From: Thraustochytrium aureum
Lineage: Eukaryota
Assembly (NCBI GenBank): GCA_012862495.1
Contig: BLSG01000257.1
Span: 28,015 to 74,007 of the forward strand
Length of the DNA stretch: 45,993 nucleotides
Reading direction: 5' to 3'
A model generated the notes under the pieces. That model saw nothing but the letters and a program-made list of their open reading frames with translations. It had not been told where the DNA came from and did not search any database. Both the position numbers and the translations under genes were made by a program. Shown here piece by piece: positions 21,355 to 32,335 of the stretch (positions are counted from its first letter, which is position 1; each line of letters opens with the position of its first letter).

Positions 21355-22080
21355 ATGGCGCTGTTGCTCGTCGCTCGCAGGCTTCGCGAAACCGCGCCCG
21401 GCGTCGCAGCTGCACTGGAAAGGCAGGCGGGCACAAAATGGGTTGGAAGCTTGGGCAAAGTGGACATTGTGCTGAACGGCGCAGGATGCGCGGTGAATGT
21501 GGTCGAGCTTGACGCAAGCCGCTCGAGAACGCGGTCCGCGAGTGAGGGTCTCGCAGCTTTCAGGCTCGGGGTCGTGCTGGTCGTCGGGGTCGGGAGCTTG
21601 TCGCTCGAGGAGCTCGCGCAACTGGGCAGCAACACGCAGACAGTCATCGCCGCAAACCCACAAGGTGCGGTGACTGTTCTATTGCGCGTAAGTCGAACAC
21701 TGGGCAAGAATGCCGGCTTCATTTCTTTGTCGCTTTGTGGGGCTTCTTCGCAGCGCTGCAAATCCTTTGTGCGCTGATCTGCACGGGCCGCCCAGCTCGT
21801 TCAGGACGTGACGCCAGCCAAGCTCCAACTAGCGCAGGAATGGCTCGACAACACACCAGCCCCGAGCGAGGCCGAGCGCACCGAGGCACTGCAAAAGGCC
21901 TTCGCCGAGGCACTGCCGCTGGGCGAGGCGGAGGCCAATATATTGCTCGAGCTGTGCGGCCAGCCGGAAAACTTGGCAAACGCCACCTTGGACTGGATTA
22001 CAACCGCAACGCCGCTGTCGCAGGAAGATGCCGCCGAGGTGGCATGGTTCTTGGACCACGACTCGCCAGTCGAGCCTTGA
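21355..22080 (+). CDS. Approx. 205-aa ERCC1/PTD/SPO16/FAAP24-like protein with C-terminal tandem helix-hairpin-helix; exons 21355-21687 and 21796-22080
   Basis: In-frame phase-0 intron GTAAGT(21688)...GCTGAT...CAG(21795). C-terminus EANILLELCGQPENLANATLDWITTATPLSQEDAAEVAWFL resembles the (HhH)2 of ERCC1-like proteins. Confidence 0.55.
21688..21795 (+). other. Spliceosomal intron
   Basis: GTAAGT donor, branch-like GCTGAT at about 21773, CAG acceptor; removal joins two ORFs in frame. An alternative in-frame acceptor exists at 21804. Confidence 0.75.
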
Positions 22081-22104
22081 GGCAAAAAGCGCGGACAGGG
22101 ATGC

Positions 22105-23150
22105 CTACTCGAGGCCAGCCGCGGCACTGGGCGACCGAATCGCGCGCACGAGCGAAGCGATGGTGTCCGCTCCAACGCGACCTGAGCAAGCCGGTTAGCC
22201 GCTTGCCGAGAAATCCCAAAAAACAAGCAACAAACACGCAAACAAACCAACAAACCTGCTAGCACGCACAGCAACCTCCGACCAAAGCGACGCGGGACTC
22301 TGCGGCATCGCGCGCCATGCCGGCCAGCATCGGCACCATGTCCGTGTCTTGTATGCCGCTCGAGGGCTTCCATTCCCGGTTCTCAAAAACCTCCCCCCTG
22401 TTGGGGTAGATCACGAGGCCCTTGCCGGCTTGCGCGACGATGGGCGCGGCCATCGCGGCCAACCCGGGAACCACGAGAGGCGACACGCAGTTGAAACCAA
22501 CCAGCTCGACATGCGCACTAGCGGCAAGCAGGCTCACCGCCTCGCTGGCCGCCTCGCCGCTGTTCAGCTCCGAGGCGGACCTGCAGGAAAGCGACACCCA
22601 GACGCGACAGCCGGCGGCACCGACCAGCGCGAGCGCGTCCAAAACCGCCCGCACCTCCACGAGGCATGGCAGGGTCTCGAAGGCGATAAAGTCGGGCTTG
22701 AGCGACGGGTCCGCCAGCAGCTCGCGCAGCCGCCGAGCGTGGAAGTGCGTGAGCTCTTGCTGGTCCTTGTCGAGCACGCCCGTAAACTCGGCGCCGTTCG
22801 ACATGACCGCCCCATAGCTGCCAAGGCTCGCCGCCACGAACCGCGGCCGAGCGGAGGGTCCCTCTTCTTGCACAACCGTGTCCGCAGCGGCCCGCGCCAG
22901 CGCGACCGACTCGCGCAGCAGTTTCGCAGCGGCGTCCGGCCCAACCCCGAGGGCTTCAAAGCCTTCGAAGGAGAACTGATAGCTCGCCGTCGTCACGACA
23001 TCGCACCCGGCCCGAAGAAAGCCCAGGTGGGCTTGCTTGATCAGCTCAGGGTTGTCCAAGACCTGGCGCGCCGACCACAGCGTGTCCTCGTTCAACCCGC
23101 CCCCGCCGCCTCGAGCGCAGTGCCGAGCCCGCCGTCCAGCACAAGGACCT
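22105..23150 (-). CDS. HMT: Homocysteine S-methyltransferase (MmuM/HMT family), 5' end in gap; intron 22182-22269; apparent frameshift near 23096-23104
   Basis: VLVLDGGLGTALE, LWSA, H..FLRAGCDVVTTASYQ, ASLGSYGA, AFET, GFNC and YPNRGE. Splicing restores the Zn-binding GGCC-RVGADTIASL and a stop at 22105-22107. Confidence 0.9.
22182..22269 (-). other. Spliceosomal intron splitting the second Cys codon of the GGCC motif
   Basis: GTGCGT donor, GCTAAC branch, CTCAG acceptor and a T/G-rich body. Confidence 0.85.
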
Positions 23151-23483
23151 NNNNNNNNNNNNNNNNNNNNNNNNNNNNNNNNNNNNNNNNNNNNNNNNNN
23201 NNNNNNNNNNNNNNNNNNNNNNNNNNNNNNNNNNNNNNNNNNNNNNNNNNNNNNNNNNNNNNNNNNNNNNNNNNNNNNNNNNNNNNNNNNNNNNNNNNNN
23301 NNNNNNNNNNNNNNNNNNNNNNNNNNNNNNNNNNNNNNNNNNNNNNNNNNNNNNNNNNNNNNNNNNNNNNNNNNNNNNNNNNNNNNNNNNNNNNNNNNNN
23401 NNNNNNNNNNNNNNNNNNNNNNNNNNNNNNNNNNNNNNNNNNNNNNNNNNNNNNNNNNNNNNNNNNNNNNNNNNNNNNNNNNN

Positions 23484-24412
23484 AGTGCGCCGCGTCTGGT
23501 GTGCTGTTTGTCGTGTATGCAAACTTGCTCCGGCGGTACCGCGGGCCGCGCCTCCGGCTGCAGACCGCGCTTCTGGTGGTGACGGGCATAGAGTTTATCA
23601 GCACCGCAACTTGGGCGGCGCTGTACGCGGCCTTGCTCAGCGAGCTGAGAGACGATTCGGAAGTGACAACAAGCACCGTTGTCCTGATGTACTTCGCAAC
23701 GACTTTGAGCTACCTCCACTACTCGCTGCTTATCTCCCTCGTACTGTGCGTGAGCCTCGGTCTGGAGCTCGTCAACGCCTCGTTGTCCCGGCACAACAAG
23801 CTCAAGCTCTACATCTGCGTTGGGTGGTGGGTCCTTGCATCGCTCTTGATCGACGTTTTGGTCGAGAGCAGCATACCCGCTGAGCTGCTCATTGCGTTCG
23901 TTCTGCCGCCGCAGCTGATGATCTTTTTCTGGATCCCCCGAGCGCTCCGCGCGACCATCTCCGGCCTCCGTGAGCTCGAGGAGAACCCACGGCGTACGGC
24001 TGTCCTCAAGACGTACCAAACCGTCGTTCGCGCGCTCCTGGTGTCTTTATTCCTGTGGGTGGGCTGTTTCCTGGCGCTTTTTGCCAGCAACGTGGCTGGG
24101 ACGGTCACGGCGTTCGGCCTTTTCATCTATGTGGTTTACAGGATGATTCCGTTTCAGCTCATGCTCTGGATCGCGTGGGCTCTGCGCCCTGCGCGTGTGG
24201 CGCTCATCGTCGGAATCGAGATGGACGACCCAAACGTCAGCAGGGACGTCGCGCTCACGACCCTGGAGACCGACTCGTTCCGTGCGATGTACGACGCGCC
24301 AGACCCGCTCTCGCTGGGCGGATCCTTTGAGGGCTCCGAGCAGGTTGCGCGTGCGCAGCTGGCGTCGCAAGGCACCGAGTATGCTCTCATGGACGACGAG
24401 GAGCGGCAGTAG
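23484..24412 (+). CDS. Multi-pass membrane protein, probably GOST/lung-7TM-receptor-like; 5' part in gap
   Basis: About 7 hydrophobic segments; LLRRYRGPRLRLQTALLV, LCVSLGLELV, FFWIPRALRATISGLRE...LKTY and WALRP parallel the clearer GOST protein at 32336. Confidence 0.6.
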
Positions 24413-24413
24413 C

Positions 24414-24493
24414 GGCGGACTGTATCACAAGCTATCATGGTGGGTTTCAGTAGAGGCGGACTGTATCACAAGCTATCACAAGCTATCATGGTG
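24414..24493. repeat. Short direct duplication GCGGACTGTATCACAAGCTATCATGGTG, second copy with an extra internal 10-mer
   Basis: Directly visible just after the stop codon at 24412. Confidence 0.8.
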
Positions 24494-24627
24494 AATTTCG
24501 ATTGAGATTGTCTTTCTGCGTCGACGGACAGGAACGTGCAAGGCTATTTGTACAGGGGCTCGATGCTACCTTCATAAACCTTCACAAGCGAGGGAGCAAG
24601 CCGGCGAGGGCGGCCTAAGAAAGGGCC

Positions 24628-25053
24628 TCAGACGAGCGCGTCAAGCGCCTCCACGTCTGCGCCGTCCTCCCGCAACTGGCTGACGAGCGCAGCCTCGTCC
24701 AGGCCGCCAAAGGTGTTCTCGCCAGAGTAGACAAAGTAGAGGAAGCCGTCCTTGTCGCGGTGCTGCTCGTAAATGGACGACATGAGCGCTGCCGTGGGCG
24801 GCAGCACGTTGTTGACGAACACGTAGATCGCCTTGTCGGACCTCACCTTGATGCGCTTTCTGATGACGTAGACGTACTCGCCCACGGTCATGTCCTGCGG
24901 CACCAGGTACTTCTTCTTGTCGATTTCCGGGATGTCGCTCCGGGTATCCTTCTCGCAGATCACCGGAATCCGCGACGGGTACTTGGACCTGATCCGCTGC
25001 GCCTCCTGTTCGCGCTTCTGAAACGGGTGATCGCTCTTAAAGTTGCCCCCCAT
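24628..25053 (-). CDS. ATG8: Autophagy protein ATG8 (141 aa, with 25 residues after the conserved Gly)
   Basis: [46 protein letters not shown]. Confidence 0.96.
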   Translation of the reverse strand: MGGNFKSDHPFQKREQEAQRIRSKYPSRIPVICEKDTRSDIPEIDKKKYLVPQDMTVGEYVYVIRKRIKVRSDKAIYVFVNNVLPPTAALMSSIYEQHRDKDGFLYFVYSGENTFGGLDEAALVSQLREDGADVEALDALV

Positions 25054-25994
25054 CGCGTCGCGCGGCGTGCGCCCGCTCTCTCGCTCTCTCTCGCTCTCTC
25101 TGGCTCTCTCTGCTAGGTCCCTGCCTGTCCGCTGCCGTCCTACCGCGCGCTGCGTCGACCTCTTCGCAAGCCTGCGCGCGTTCGGAGTCTGCTTGCTCGC
25201 TGCTGGGCGCCCGCGAGCGTCGCCTCCTCTTCGCCGCACTCCCTGCGCTCGCCACCTAATCACACAGTCTAGGCCTTTTCCGCGAGGGAACGTTCGTCCG
25301 GCAAATAGCACCTTGCCACCGGTACACCGGCCCGCGCCGGAAGACGTATGCGGGAGTAAAACCCGCATAACACGGCGGCCAGCGGATTCGTGACGGAACG
25401 TGCAGTGCCGCCGAGTAAATTTCTCAGGGACGTTCCGGGAGCAGGGGAGGAACACGACGCTGTTCTAACACTCGTGTTCGCAGCCAAGTTCAGGGGAACG
25501 CAGTGCGGGTGTGTTCCGCATCCAAGCCGGAAGAACAGCGCGCAAGCCCATGCTTTGCGCGCGTGCGACCGCTGCAACTTGGAGCACTGATTATCGGGCC
25601 GGGGCCACGAATCTCCCGCGTAGCCGGGCAATTATTGGCTGCGCAAAAGTGTCTATTATTGGTAGTGACGGGCCTTAGTTTTACCCGAGATTCGCAAGAG
25701 TAACGCCAGTTTTGACTTGTTTTTTTTTCAAATTGTTGCGTTTCGTGCGTGGCCCTTGTCGGAGCAGAACAGCCGCGCGCGCGTTCGTCCAAAGCGCTGC
25801 GCCGCACGCCGGCTGCGGAGGGCGCAGAGCGCGGAGCGGCGCGCCAGCGGCGGTGGATCGAGCGGTCTGCGCCGTGGGTTCTTATTGCTTGGTCGAGCGG
25901 GGTTGGTCCGCGAGATCTCGCCGTTTTTCAAGAAGTGGCAGAGCCAGCCGCGCCTGCTGCTTCCAGCTGCGCGCGGGAGGGAGCGGGGGCAAAG

Positions 25995-26555
25995 ATGATG
26001 TCAAATTATTATGATGTGGACGCGATACTTGCCGAGGAAGAGCGCGTGCCGGTGAGGTTTGAAACGGACGCGAACGGGCTCGGGTTTCTGGACTCCACAG
26101 CCCACGGCGACCTTCTCAAACGCGACACGAAAGCAGAGCTGCCGATCTGGCTCGGAACCGTGCTGGCGACGCGCGCATGGGTCGCCGTCGAGACGCCAAA
26201 GTGCTTTGCGCACCGATTTCGCACCTACTTGCTGGCCGACCCCACCGTCATCAACCTGCGCGAGCGCTCGCCATACTACTACCACGTTGGCCTTCGCCTC
26301 GCGGCCTTTGTTCGCGATAGCAAGGCCCTCGTAGACACGCTAGTGCGGTCCCTCTCTATGAGGTACAAAGACATCCTCGACAAGGCGCAAAACTCGCGCA
26401 ACGAGGACCTCTCCAACCTGACCCGCGGCATGACCGAGCTCGAGCAGGAGCTCTTCCTTGCTGGCCACAGCGGCGCGCATGAGATGTTTCGCTGGAAGCG
26501 GCGGGACTGCGAGCTGCTCACCAGCGCGCGGAGAAAGCGCCCGAGGCTCAACTAG
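25995..26555 (+). CDS. PSF3: GINS complex subunit Psf3 (GINS3)
   Basis: YYDVDAILAEEERVPVRF...GLGFLD, KAELPIWL, LLADPTVINLRERSPYYY, MTELEQELF. Confidence 0.9.
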   Translation: MMSNYYDVDAILAEEERVPVRFETDANGLGFLDSTAHGDLLKRDTKAELPIWLGTVLATRAWVAVETPKCFAHRFRTYLLADPTVINLRERSPYYYHVGLRLAAFVRDSKALVDTLVRSLSMRYKDILDKAQNSRNEDLSNLTRGMTELEQELFLAGHSGAHEMFRWKRRDCELLTSARRKRPRLN

Positions 26556-26747
26556 CGGAGGGCGTTCGCGCTGCACGTGCCGCGGTGGCCGCGAGCCAGC
26601 AAGCCCGAGCAAGCGGACCGCCCACGCTTTCACTTACAAACACTAAAATCTCTCTTCCCGCAAACGAAACTTGAGCCACAAGCTTTGGCATGCAACGTAG
26701 GCCTATCTACAATTCCTCGGGTGAAAAATACGCGCATCAACCGGGGC

Positions 26748-29700
26748 TCAGTCCAGGCCAGGCAACGAAATGTCGTCCAAGTCTGAAAGACCAGAGTAGT
26801 CAGATAGCTCGTCAAGCAGGTCCTCGTCTTGCAGGCCGTTCGACGACCGAGCGGACTTTGGGACTTCCTCTGTCCCAGTGCCACCCTCACCAAGACCACC
26901 AGGAACCGCCCCAGTCTCTTCGTCGCTGCTATCGCTTGCCGCATAGCTCTTCGATGCTCCAGCGCTTGCTGCCGACTCCGCGCCCTCCGCCTCGCCAGCA
27001 TGGGATAAGGGCGACGCTCGATTCAACTCGCGGTCTAGCATCGTAGGGGCAACCTGGTCGTCCCCAGCAGCTTCTGAGCTGCACAAAGTAGACGCGCCCG
27101 CCCTGGGCGCCTCCTCGCTGCGGCTGTCTGCCCGATCACCGTCGCTGCCAGGAGCTCCAACCCCGGTTGTATGTACCTCGCCAGCGTCAACAGATCCGCC
27201 CCCCTCGCTCGCGCTCGAGCTCGCGTGTGAGGTCGACGCAGGGAGTGGCGCCAAAGTTGCCCCTTTCCTTCGTTGCTCATCCCTGGAAGTGACGCCGACC
27301 GCCATGCTTTCACTGGCACTCACGGGCGACACCGCAGGCGCCAGTTCGCTCGGGCGATGCGGCTCCCCGGCAACAGACCGACAACTCACACCCGTCACCG
27401 CCCTGGACGCCACAGTAACCCCGACACCCACAGACGGAGACGTCGCGGTCCCATCACTAGAACCGAGCGTGTCAACACGCTGCGCGCGGGTCGCGTCAGC
27501 TAGACCAGCAGAGTCCGGCTCGCCACCGCCAAAATCCGTGTACTCGTGGCCCAGCGGGCGCCCCAGAGGGCTCGTCGGGACCAGCTGCGCCGGTGCGGAT
27601 GGCGCGGCACCCACCAAAGGCGCGCTGGAGGAGAGGCCCCCAGACGAAGCGCTCAACACTTGATGGCCAAGCATCCCTTCAACTTCTGGCGGCCGAACGC
27701 TGGCCTGCCCTTCAATCGACCAGACGGACGACGCCACCGACTCATTGTCGTAGTAGAATGCAGAGCCCCCGACCTCGCGCTGCCGAATCAGGTCGTCTGG
27801 GAGACTGACNNNNNNNNNNNNNNNNNNNNNNNNNNNNNNNNNNNNNNNNNNNNNNNNNNNNNNNNNNNNNNNNNNNNNNNNNNNNNNNNNNNNNNNNNNN
27901 NNNNNNNNNNNNNNNNNNNNNNNNNNNNNNNNNNNNNNNNNNNNNNNNNNNNNNNNNNNNNNNNNNNNNNNNNNNNNNNNNNNNNNNNNNNNNNNNNNNN
28001 NNNNNNNNNNNNNNNNNNNNNNNNNNNNNNNNNNNNNNNNNNNNNNNNNNNNNNNNNNNNNNNNNNNNNNNNNNNNNNNNNNNNNNNNNNNNNNNNNNNN
28101 NNNNNNNNNNNNNNNNNNNNNNNNNNNNNNNNNNNNNNNNNNNNNNNNNNNNNNNNNNNNNNNNNNNNNNNNNNNNNNNNNNNNAGAGGCCCTCTACAGC
28201 GTTCGCGGGGGCAGCCGCGTCAAGGCCCGAGTCGCCTGCCCGCCCAACGAGGGATCCGGGTGGGGCGGTAGGGCTTGACGCCGGGACCCCCTGCGAGGCG
28301 AATCGGACGCAGCGCTGCCTGTCTCGCGGCTTGTCCGGCTTTGTGGCGACCCGCGCACGGGCCCACGAGGCGCACCTGTACCGACCGCGCCTGCGCTTGA
28401 CCTGGAGCCGGCGTTGCCGGCGTTCCTGCCGTGGCCCTCCTCTTGATCATCATCTTCGTCGTCATCGTCGTCTTGGTCTCGGTCTTCATCAATGTCGTCG
28501 TCCTCGCATTCGGCACCTTCGTTACTGTGGCGGTCGTTGTCGCTAGCCTGTGACGACGCTCGCGAGTGCGCCTCGTTTGTGCTGGCCGGCTGGACTCGCT
28601 CTGCTTGCGGCGACAGCGCCCCCCTCGCGTCGGCCGACACAAGGCGAGCCATGCTGGTCGCTTCTTGCTCGAGGGCCTCGTCAGCGCAGTCTGAGCCCTG
28701 GTCCTGAGCAGAAACGGTACCGTCGTCGCCGGGGCAGAGCTCCGAGGTCACCAAGTAGTCCCGGTAGGCAACAATGTGGTCCGAGCCAGCAGGCTCTGTT
28801 TCGAGGAGCTGCACAAAGTTGCGCACAGCCGCCTTGGCCATCTCCACCTTGCGCTGGAGCGCGAGCGCAGACGCGTTCTCTGCCGCGTCGGCTTGGACAG
28901 GCGGCGAGTCGATCCGCTGCCACAGTCCGACATCGACGAGGCGCTCCTTGTAGTCTGCCAGCTGGTCCTGGGAGAACGAGTTGTCCAAGCTAATTCTGCG
29001 AAGCACTGAGAGCGCCGTCCGCGCGGTCGTTCGTTGCTGCTCGGCGTCCTCGTTCCATTCCGCGAGACGAGCGCGCATGACAAAGGCCTCGCTCCCGCGC
29101 CGCGGCTCTGGCGAGGCGCTGCGCTCAACGACACTACCCGACGCAATCCCTTTCGACGTCTTGCGACTTGGCGGTTCCAGCGGCCCTTGCGCCACCGCGC
29201 CGCTGAGGTCCGGCTCCGCCAGCACCTCGCGCCCTGCGCGGGGAGCCGCTTCCAGGAGACGCCAGGCTGTTGAGGGACCGCGGCGTCAACACGCGCGAAG
29301 TTGCATCAAGCTCGAGCTCCGCCAGTCGCGAAGTGGCGGTCGCCGGCGAGCGCGGAGGCGAGCGCGCCGGCGAACGCGGTGACCTAGCCGCGCGCGCGGT
29401 TCGCAACTTGGCGGTGCTCGACACGGCCTTGAGGTTGCGCTTGAGCGCTTGGTGGCGCGCCCTTCGAGCGTCGGCGCGCTGCTTGGCAATGTCCCGCAGG
29501 GCCTGCTCGTGCGCCTCTCGAGCGCCATCGATGGTTTTGTGCGTCGAGGAGGCCGTTGGGCGCAGCAAGGACGCTGGCACGGTGGCGTCGGGCCGGAGTC
29601 TTGGACTCTGGGGCGCCTTGCGACCTTTTCGAACAGGTCGCTTTCCCTTGTTGCCGGTCGTCTCGACAGCCTCGCGCCGGGCGGACGACCCAAAGCCTGC

Positions 29701-31526
29701 AACTTTGGAGGGCTTGATCTTTTTCACTGTCTGCGTCGGCCGCGGCTTGGCGAGGCGGTCGCACATCGCGTCCACCTTGGCCGGTTTGAGCACAACTTTG
29801 GCCTGCTTGCCCAGTTCCGCCTCTGCCTCCTTGTCCCGCTGCGTTGCGATTCCGGCGTCTCGGTCGCGTGGCCTGTCCCGAGCACGGCTGAGCTGCTTGA
29901 TCCGCGACAGGCTGGCGCGGTGCTGGCGCTTCTTTTTGCTGTCCATTGACTCGCGGCGCGCCGTGTCCATCCTCCTGCGGGCCATTCGTTGAGCAGAGCT
30001 CGGGGGCAACGGGTTGTCGTCGAGGACGACCAGCCATGGCAACAGGTGGATGATTTGCGCCCTGTACCTTGGTCCGCTGGAAACCGGGTTGTCGCTCAGC
30101 CAGAGCTCCTCGAGGGCCGTGTTGAAGGAGAGTCCCCGCAACGACGTCATGCCACTCAGCTGATTCTCGGACAGGTCGAGTGAGCGAAGTGAGAGGAGGC
30201 CGGCCAGGCTCGAGGCATCGCGGATCCGGTTGCGTGCCATGTTGACTGTGACAAGCGAGTCCATTTGGTCAAGTCCGCGTACGCTCTTGATCTCGTTGTC
30301 GGACAGGTTCAAGTACTTTAGTGCCGGCAGCGCCTCGGGGTTCAAAATTGCGTCGAGCCTGGTCAGCGCATTGAAGGAGAGGTCCAGCGTGTGGAGCTGC
30401 GAGAAAATCCGATGAGGGGGGAAGCACTTGATGTCGTCGCTTAAGCCCAGATCATTCCGACTCGCGTGCAGCTCTTGTAGTGTCTCGTCCATGTCTTGGT
30501 TGCCTTCGAAAAGCACTTGTAGGGAGGTGAGGTTTTGGTCGGCTACGTCCAAGCCTGTCACGATGTTGTTTTTGTCTTGGCCAAAGTCTGATTGGGACGG
30601 GCTGCCGATTGACCCCAGCAAGTCTCGGGCACTCCTAGGAGTCGAGCTTGCGAGGCTTGCAGCATGGTGCTGACTGTTGGATTGCTCGCTTGCTTCATCT
30701 TCTAGTTCCTCCTCCTCCTCCTCTTCTTCTTCTTCTTCCACTTCTTCTTCCTCGTACTCCTCTTCCTCGTCGACCTGCTCCCCGTCGCCTTCCTCGTACT
30801 CCGAGACCTCGACATACTCGACCTCCTCGTCGCCTTCCTCGTCGCCTTCCTCCTCCTCTTCCTCTTCCTCCTCCTCTTCCTCCTCCTCCTCTTCCTCGCC
30901 GTCTTCCTCGCCTTCGTCCTCCTCTCCACTGCGGCTCAAATGATCCTGGTCGCTGCCAGCGTATGACTCGGAAAGCATGCCCGAATCGCCTTGGCCTGGC
31001 GAAGCAGCGCTCGTCCGAGACGCGCTTCGAAGCGAGTGGCGGGAGCCCTCCTTCGCCTGGATGCCAGACTCAGCGACGGAGGCCTGGCTGAGCGCCCACG
31101 TCTGGTCCTCGTTTGCCCAAGCCTTTACGATACTGTCTTGAACATCTTCCGGGGCCACGGGAAGGTTCTGCGACGTCACGTATCCCAGCAAAGCCCACAC
31201 TACTCGAACAAAGTTCGTAAACGAAATTTGCACAGCAAAGTCACCTACGGATGAGCCGATGGACCCTGCAGAGCTTCGAGACCCAAGGCTTGAGGTTCGC
31301 GCCCGCCTTTGCGACTTGGCATGGGCGGCCAAATTCGCGGGCTCGCACAGGGCAAGCTCCTGCAGCGCCCGTGCGAGGTCTTTCGGTTTCGGCGTCCTTC
31401 CAAGGAGCGCCGTGACGGTTTGGCGAAGTTGCGAGAAGCTTGAAAGCAAGGGAGAGTCGGAGCCCTCAACAGCCCGCGCAAAGACCCACGCACAACCCAG
31501 CTCCAAGTTGGCCTCGCGGCACCTGG
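26748..31526 (-). CDS. Large leucine-rich-repeat protein (SDS22-like LRRs with LRRcap, Glu-rich tract, long low-complexity tail); 5' end in gap, internal gap 27810-28184, apparent frameshift at 29240-29243
   Basis: LHTLDLSFNAL, LKYLNLSDNEI, LRSLDLSENQL and LEELWLSDNPV...YRAQIIHLLPWLVVLD. The downstream ORFs share strand and composition, but joining them into one gene is inference. Confidence 0.65.
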
Positions 31527-32335
31527 NNNNNNNNNNNNNNNNNNNNNNNNNNNNNNNNNNNNNNNNNNNNNNNNNNNNNNNNNNNNNNNNNNNNNNNNNN
31601 NNNNNNNNNNNNNNNNNNNNNNNNNNNNNNNNNNNNNNNNNNNNNNNNNNNNNNNNNNNNNNNNNNNNNNNNNNNNNNNNNNNNNNNNNNNNNNNNNNNN
31701 NNNNNNNNNNNNNNNNNNNNNNNNNNNNNNNNNNNNNNNNNNNNNNNNNNNNNNNNNNNNNNNNNNNNNNNNNNNNNNNNNNNNNNNNNNNNNNNNNNNN
31801 NNNNNNNNNNNNNNNNNNNNNNNNNNNNNNNNNNNNNNNNNNNNNNNNNNNNNNNNNNNNNNNNNNNNNNNNNNNNNNNNNNNNNNNNNNNNNNNNNNNN
31901 NNNNNNNNNNNNNNNNNNNNNNNNNNNNNNNNNNNNNNNNNNNNNNNNNNNNNNNNNNNNNNNNNNNNNNNNNNNNNNNNNNNNNNNNNNNNNNNNNNNN
32001 NNNNNNNNNNNNNNNNNNNNNNNNNNNNNNNNNNNNNNNNNNNNNNNNNNNNNNNNNNNNNNNNNNNNNNNNNNNNNNNNNNNNNNNNNNNNNNNNNNNN
32101 NNNNNNNNNNNNNNNNNNNNNNNNNNNNNNNNNNNNNNNNNNNNNNNNNNNNNNNNNNNNNNNNNNNNNNNNNNNNNNNNNNNNNNNNNNNNNNNNNNNN
32201 NNNNNNNNNNNNNCTGTCGCGGCAGAGTACCGTAGGCGCGGGACAGGGTGCGGCGAGAAGAAGTGGTTGCGGACTGCAGTGCGAGCGGCTGGGAGCGGCG
32301 GCGGACGTGGTCTCGGGCAGCGGCGAAGCGGGGAG

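Noticed and set aside
25076..25112. CT microsatellite in the ATG8 leader; also (TGCA)n at ~8885-8900 and (GTCGT)n at ~44568-44590
   Set aside because: Ordinary simple repeats.
30700..30925. Long TCC/TCT trinucleotide tract
   Set aside because: Simply encodes the Glu-rich region of the LRR protein.
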